Shown one piece after another: positions 59,216 to 64,000 of a DNA stretch of 64,000 bases; within the stretch, counting starts at the first letter, position 1, and each line of letters starts with the position of its first letter. Origin of the DNA: Fimbriimonadales bacterium (lineage in GTDB: Bacteria; Armatimonadota; Fimbriimonadia; Fimbriimonadales; ATM1); assembly GCA_051003155.1 (NCBI GenBank), contig JBPCLO010000031.1:32001-96000 (forward strand), given 5' to 3'. The notes under the pieces were generated by a model. The model did no database searches and was not told the DNA's origin. It saw only the letters and a program-made list of their open reading frames with translations. The position numbers were made by a program, and so were the translations under genes.

Positions 59216-61186
59216 ATGAACAAAACGCTGAAACTCGCTTTCGGCGCCCTGCTCGGGTCCATGCTAGTCATGCCGGCCCTTGCCCAGGGAGAGCAATTCC
59301 CTGACGTCCCTGAGAACCATTGGGTTTACAAGGCGCTTCTCGACATGAAGAACGAGGGCATCTTGGTTGGATATCCCGACGGTCTTTTCCGGGGCGGACG
59401 CCCTGCGAGCCGCTACGAGCTCGCCGGCGCCATCAACACGGCCTACCAGAAGCTCAAGGGCATGATCGGCGGTCTGCAGGATCAGATCGACGCGATCAAA
59501 GCCGGTATGGGCGGCGGCCAGGACGTAGAAGCGCTTCGCCGCGAACTCGACGCCCTAAAAGCTCAAGTTGCGGCGATGGGTCGCTACGGCGACGACATCG
59601 CTGCCCTGCAGCGCATGGCCTCGACCTTCGAGAAAGACCTCGCCGCTCTTGGCGTGGATGTCGAAGCTATGAAGAAGGACCTCAGCGATCTCGCTGAGCG
59701 CGTTGGCCGGCTCGAGAAGATCAAGCCCGCTGTGGACATCCACGGCGACATCAACGCTGTTCTTCACGGCGGACACTCCGAGGATGGCCTCTTCGGCATC
59801 ACCGTCGACGCACGCCCCACGGGCGTCGGCCGCGGCGGATACTCCGGCGAACCCGTCGGTATGGAGCGCGATCTTTCGATCGGGCACGAACTGGGTCTCC
59901 AGCTCAACGGCACGAATGAAGAGGGGCCTAAGTGGCATGCAACGCTAGTCGTCGGCAACCTGCTGGGCTTCTCTTCGGAAGGCCTTGAGGGCGGCCCCGT
60001 CTCCACCATGTATGGCAACCAGTCCGGCGTTATGGCAAACCTCGCGTTCCGCGAGCAGGCAGAAAGCGTATACTTCCAGGACTTCGGCGTCACCTTCGAC
60101 ACCGCGATGTTGGGACAGGGCTTCTCAGCCGACCTCGGCCGCGTCAGCCACAAGGCGGGTAGATACTTCTTCCAGCGAATCGACAATACTCCGTATTTCG
60201 AGAATCCTCGCTGGGATGATGGCAACTGGTACTTCGATGGAGCCGACCTCGGCTTTCACTGGGGCACCGTCGGCCTCGACGTCTATGCTGGCCGCACTTC
60301 GGATCACCTCGACAGTGGCTCAACCTTCGGTGGCTTAGTCAACAACGAGATCTGGCCAATGAGCGCCGGTCCTCAGAACTTCTTCGCCAGCGGTGAGATG
60401 CTGGTCGACCGAACCCTCGGTTTCGACCTCGGCTTCAAGCTCGGCGGTTCTGGAGACATCATGCTCCACTACCTGTTCCTAGACAGCGATAACCCGGTCA
60501 CGGCTTCCATGTCGGGCGCCAGCACCTACAATCGCGTCAACGTTTGGGGCGGTGAGGTCAACTTCAACCTTGGCCAGAACCTGATGCTCAACGGTGGCTA
60601 CAGCCAAACCGACCTTAAGTACAACGAGAGCAGCGTGCTGGACGAAGACAACGCCGCTTGGTGGGCTCAAGCTCGCTTCCACGTAGGCGCCGTCGGCATC
60701 GGCCTCGGCTATCGAGAAATCGAGCCTTGGTTCGGCGCTCCCGGCGACTGGGGCCGCGTCGGCTTCCTTTGGAATCCGGTCGACCACCAGGGTCCCTACG
60801 GTGACGTCAGCTTCAACGTCAGCAACAATCTCGACGCCAAGGTCGGCGCGTTCCTCTTCGAGGGCCGCGACGGGGTCATCATCCCCGCTGACGCCGAGAT
60901 GTTTGGGATCAACGCCGAGTTGAACTTCAAGCTCTTCGGAACTTGGGGAGCAAACCTCGGTTGGGAATGGGTTGAGTATCGTGACGTGGTCGCCGGCTTC
61001 GAGCCGTCGGTCAACTGGTACCGCGTCGGCCTATCCCAGATGATGGGGGACGGCTCCTCGCTGATGTTCAAGTATGAGATCAGCAACTACGACGACGAGG
61101 GTTCCGGCTTCACAAGCGGCCTTGGCCTTATCGGCGGAGATCGCAGGGGTGGCCTGTTCACCACGCAGTGGACGAGAAAGTTCTAA
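59216..61186 (+). CDS. SLH-domain / coiled-coil / beta-barrel outer-membrane protein (OmpM/SlpA-like)
   Basis: Strong RBS AAGGAGG; signal peptide; SLH FPDVPENHW...GILVGYPDGLFRG....SRYELA; coiled coil; beta-barrel ending in Phe (WTRKF); strong codon bias. Confidence 0.9.
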   Translation: MNKTLKLAFGALLGSMLVMPALAQGEQFPDVPENHWVYKALLDMKNEGILVGYPDGLFRGGRPASRYELAGAINTAYQKLKGMIGGLQDQIDAIKAGMGGGQDVEALRRELDALKAQVAAMGRYGDDIAALQRMASTFEKDLAALGVDVEAMKKDLSDLAERVGRLEKIKPAVDIHGDINAVLHGGHSEDGLFGITVDARPTGVGRGGYSGEPVGMERDLSIGHELGLQLNGTNEEGPKWHATLVVGNLLGFSSEGLEGGPVSTMYGNQSGVMANLAFREQAESVYFQDFGVTFDTAMLGQGFSADLGRVSHKAGRYFFQRIDNTPYFENPRWDDGNWYFDGADLGFHWGTVGLDVYAGRTSDHLDSGSTFGGLVNNEIWPMSAGPQNFFASGEMLVDRTLGFDLGFKLGGSGDIMLHYLFLDSDNPVTASMSGASTYNRVNVWGGEVNFNLGQNLMLNGGYSQTDLKYNESSVLDEDNAAWWAQARFHVGAVGIGLGYREIEPWFGAPGDWGRVGFLWNPVDHQGPYGDVSFNVSNNLDAKVGAFLFEGRDGVIIPADAEMFGINAELNFKLFGTWGANLGWEWVEYRDVVAGFEPSVNWYRVGLSQMMGDGSSLMFKYEISNYDDEGSGFTSGLGLIGGDRRGGLFTTQWTRKF

Positions 61187-61207
61187 CTTAGAACGTCCTG
61201 CACATGC

Positions 61208-61246
61208 AAAATCCCATCCGGTCTTCGCACCGGCTGGGATTTTTTT
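61208..61246 (+). terminator. Intrinsic, probably bidirectional terminator
   Basis: AAAATCCCA-T-CCGGT...ACCGG-C-TGGGATTTTTTT between convergent genes. Confidence 0.85.
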
Positions 61247-61257
61247 GTTCCTTGCGC

Positions 61258-61596
61258 CTAAGAAGGGCGAGAGTTCCGGCCTGCTTCTTGCTCGACCTTG
61301 TGGTCTTCCCGCGTGCCCAAAACGCCTTGTTGTTCCCGGCGCCTGCCGCGTCGCACCAAAGCGTCGCTCGCCTCCTGCAGATGGTTAAGAGCATCGGCGT
61401 TTTCCTCGCAGGCCAATTCTCGGCCCTGGAAGTCCAGCAGCTTCTTGATCAGCAGGTCGATCACGTCCTCGACCCGGCAGCCGTTGACGCCTACCGATTG
61501 CGGTGCTCCATGCTGGAAGATGATGTCCACAAACTCCGTCTTGATCCGGGCATCGCTGCCGTCCATGCTCCGGAACCTTTCCATGTTTTCGCTCAT
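61258..61596 (-). CDS. Tad1/Acb2-like small helical protein (putative cyclic-nucleotide sponge)
   Basis: IIFQHGA...GVNG...L.DFQ...EENADALNHLQEA...RR...R...GVLGT matches the recalled pattern of phage Tad1 proteins. Confidence 0.7.
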   Translation of the reverse strand: MSENMERFRSMDGSDARIKTEFVDIIFQHGAPQSVGVNGCRVEDVIDLLIKKLLDFQGRELACEENADALNHLQEASDALVRRGRRREQQGVLGTREDHKVEQEAGRNSRPS

Positions 61597-61609
61597 TTGT
61601 CGCAGTTCC

Positions 61610-63283
61610 TTATACCCTGACTTCTTCCGTTACGCGGCCCGCCCGGTCATGATACGCACTCAATTTGACCCTGCCGGAGCCTTTAAGTGTCCATTCGAAA
61701 ACGTGGCGGTGGTCCGTGCCGTTCAGCTGCCAACCGAATCCTCCCGAGGATACTTCGGACCTTCCCTCCAGCTGTGGGCCTTCCTGCCTCAGCAGGCCGG
61801 ATTCCACCTTCACACCTTTCGGAACTTCGATCTCGCCCACCACTCCGCGGCACAAATTTTTATCCTTGCCAACTTTGGTGACGTATGATGGCAACCATCC
61901 GGTGTTGTCGACCGCGAACTTGATTATCGTCGATTCCCCGGTTTTCTTCGTTTCCACCTTGAACGTCTCGAGCTTCGGCGAGATGAGGGCTTGCCAGACG
62001 ACCCAGTCGACGAAGGGCGCAATTTCGGCCTCCAAGTAGTCGGGCGGGGGGTTTCTAAACGCGTATTGAGGATCCCACCCGCCAAGCTCGACTTTGCCGA
62101 ATTCGGGGTGGTCGAATGTGTACCAATCGACGTGCCCCTTGCCTCCCAGTTTCTCGTCGGACCATTTGAGCAGCTGTTTGTCGTGCTCAAAAGGATGGTC
62201 TCGGAACCAATCGATGTATTTGTAGTCCGTGATCCCGGCTTGGCGCTGAGGCGACCAGATTTCGGTCGTCCAAGCAAACACACCTCGATGCTCGTACATC
62301 CAATCGTCGAAAACGCCGGTGATTACCTCCTTAGGGTGGTACCGAAACTCGTGGTAGTTGCTGATGGCGGGGTAACCCGTCATTTCTTTACCCTTCTCGC
62401 CGATCTTCTGGTAGTTCCACAAGTCTTCGGCCGGGATATCGTCGTCAGGCTTGGTGCTGGGGGGCCGAAGATGAACGCCGCTGAATGTGTGGAAGGTGAC
62501 GGCTCCGCAGATGTTGGGTCTTTTCGAGATCGCGTCCACGAGCGCATGAATCTCTGGTTCGCTGGTGGGAAACGGTCCGGCTCCGTGCTGGTCGCTCTCG
62601 AGCCTCCATCCGCTCGGAAAGTTCCGGTTGAAGTCCAAGCCCTCCTTCGTTCGCTGGCCCCGGACGGTGAGGCCATCGTAGTTGTGATAAATGCCTTCGG
62701 GAAGCAAACGGTAATACTCGCCACCGAATTCGGCGGGTTCACGCCGATCCATTAGACGAGGTTCTTCCTCGCTAACCTTCCACGGTCCGTTGGGATCCTT
62801 AATCCTGATGCTTAGGATCCGCCCGTCTCCGTCCACGTCTTGACGTTCTAGACCATAGAAATCGTCCTCCTCGTATGGATATGGCCGGGTACCGCTTCGG
62901 ATGATCTTGGGGACGTCCGCGAGGGCCCACTCCGCCCCGTCGGGGTTGACCCGTGGAACAAGGTAAAACGCGCGCGTGTCTAGGGCTCTTGTGATCGTGT
63001 CGTCCTTGCCGTAGGATGTGAGGAGTTTGTTCAGGACGTAGAGAACCGCCGCGCTGGCGCTGACCTCGCTCGCGTGGATGTTCCCGTCGCACCAGAACGC
63101 TGGTTTGTCTTTCGCAGCTCCTGTCTTGGAATTCGTGACCGCGACCAGCAAGATTTTCCTGCCTTCTTGGCTCTTTCCGATCACTTCTACCGTGACCAAC
63201 TTCGGGTACTCCTTGGCGAACCCCCTTACCAGTTTCGTAAGGTCATCGTGTCGATAGTAGCGGTTGAATTCAATGGCGGGCAT
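61610..63283 (-). CDS. M14-family zinc carboxypeptidase
   Basis: IGKSQEGR, GNIHASE (HxxE), NPDG, DFNRNFP, SEPE, FHT; no signal peptide. Confidence 0.9.
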   Translation of the reverse strand: MPAIEFNRYYRHDDLTKLVRGFAKEYPKLVTVEVIGKSQEGRKILLVAVTNSKTGAAKDKPAFWCDGNIHASEVSASAAVLYVLNKLLTSYGKDDTITRALDTRAFYLVPRVNPDGAEWALADVPKIIRSGTRPYPYEEDDFYGLERQDVDGDGRILSIRIKDPNGPWKVSEEEPRLMDRREPAEFGGEYYRLLPEGIYHNYDGLTVRGQRTKEGLDFNRNFPSGWRLESDQHGAGPFPTSEPEIHALVDAISKRPNICGAVTFHTFSGVHLRPPSTKPDDDIPAEDLWNYQKIGEKGKEMTGYPAISNYHEFRYHPKEVITGVFDDWMYEHRGVFAWTTEIWSPQRQAGITDYKYIDWFRDHPFEHDKQLLKWSDEKLGGKGHVDWYTFDHPEFGKVELGGWDPQYAFRNPPPDYLEAEIAPFVDWVVWQALISPKLETFKVETKKTGESTIIKFAVDNTGWLPSYVTKVGKDKNLCRGVVGEIEVPKGVKVESGLLRQEGPQLEGRSEVSSGGFGWQLNGTDHRHVFEWTLKGSGRVKLSAYHDRAGRVTEEVRV

Positions 63284-63317
63284 TTGCGCATTATACGATA
63301 GCGGCTAAACTGTACTC

Positions 63318-64000
63318 GTGCAGCAACTCAAAGTCATCCCGCTTGGCGGGTGCGGCGAAATCGGCAAAAACATGACCGTTGTCGAGCAAGGGGACGACAT
63401 CATCGTCATCGACGCCGGGCTCAGCTTTCCTACGGAGGATATGCATGGGGTCGATATCGTCATCCCTGACATCACGTACCTCAAGGAAAACCGCAAACGC
63501 ATCAGAGGAATCGTTCTGACGCACGGCCACGAAGACCATGTCGGCGCCCTCGCCTACATTATCGGCGATTTGAAAGTGCCGGTTTACGGTAGCCGCCTCA
63601 CCATCGAGCTTGCCAAACGAAAGCTCTACGAGCGATTCCCGGATAAAGAGCTCAACCTGAAGGTGATGAAACCGGAGGAATCGTTCACGCTGGGCAGCTT
63701 TGAAGTAGAACCGATCCACGTAACTCACAGCCTGCCAGATTCCTACGCTATCGCCCTTTGGACGCAGATAGGAATCGTCCTTTTCACGGGCGATTTCAAG
63801 TTCGATTTTACTCCCATCGACGGAAAATTAACGGAAATGTCCCGACTTGGCGAATTAGGGGATGAGGGGGTCGCGCTGTTGCTAAGCGATTCGACCAATT
63901 CGGAGTCGGTCGGATGGAGCCCGAGTGAACGAGTTGTCACCGATGGCTTTCGCAATGTCTTTGCCAATGCGCAGGGTCGAGTATTAATTACGACGTTTGC
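63318..64000 (+). CDS. rnj: Ribonuclease J (3' end outside window)
   Basis: Manual translation from GTG 63318: QQLKVIPLGGCGEIGKNMT, IDAGLSFP, LTHGHEDHVG, THSLPDS, TGDFKFD, LLSDSTN. Confidence 0.95.
   Translation, partial: MQQLKVIPLGGCGEIGKNMTVVEQGDDIIVIDAGLSFPTEDMHGVDIVIPDITYLKENRKRIRGIVLTHGHEDHVGALAYIIGDLKVPVYGSRLTIELAKRKLYERFPDKELNLKVMKPEESFTLGSFEVEPIHVTHSLPDSYAIALWTQIGIVLFTGDFKFDFTPIDGKLTEMSRLGELGDEGVALLLSDSTNSESVGWSPSERVVTDGFRNVFANAQGRVLITTF

Noticed and set aside
1..64000. tRNA, rRNA, integrase, transposase or prophage genes
   Set aside because: None recognised by eye; a tRNAscan/Infernal run would be needed to exclude small RNAs.

Overview
This is a GC-rich bacterial chromosomal segment. 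The gene content (PafA-family ligase, PEP-CTERM proteins, an SLH-domain outer-membrane barrel and a dcw cluster with DUF881/sbp) suggests Armatimonadota (Fimbriimonadia-like); that placement is inference. Contents in order: (1) the 5' part of nusA with a leader terminator; (2) a decayed PEP-CTERM repeat protein; (3) a 10-gene + strand operon encoding an ANTAR response regulator, a BMP-type nucleoside ABC transporter, tandem PTPS-folE-SDR, a Gfo/Idh/MocA enzyme and a large secreted protein; (4) a - strand dcw cluster from mraZ to ftsZ with a murC-ddl fusion; (5) an ArnT-like glycosyltransferase, a lone pafA, a REP doublet and a small beta-barrel; (6) an Rhs toxin with a URI/GIY-YIG-like tip, its putative immunity gene and a palindrome-rich intergenic region; (7) rimO and an ABC-2/TPR module; (8) an accessory patch with two pseudogenes, DUF4434, a 21-bp repeat, a trypsin-like protease and a PEP-CTERM protein; (9) ffs-dnaX-ybaB-recR, dusB, a GNAT, and M28 and S8 peptidases; (10) an SLH-porin, a Tad1-like small protein, an M14 peptidase and the 5' part of rnj. 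The two most notable observations are a shared, unnamed ~150-aa C-terminal domain on three unrelated secreted proteins (candidate sorting/anchoring system) and a Tad1-like immune-signal sponge in a non-phage context. All family calls come from motif recognition by eye; no searches were run.
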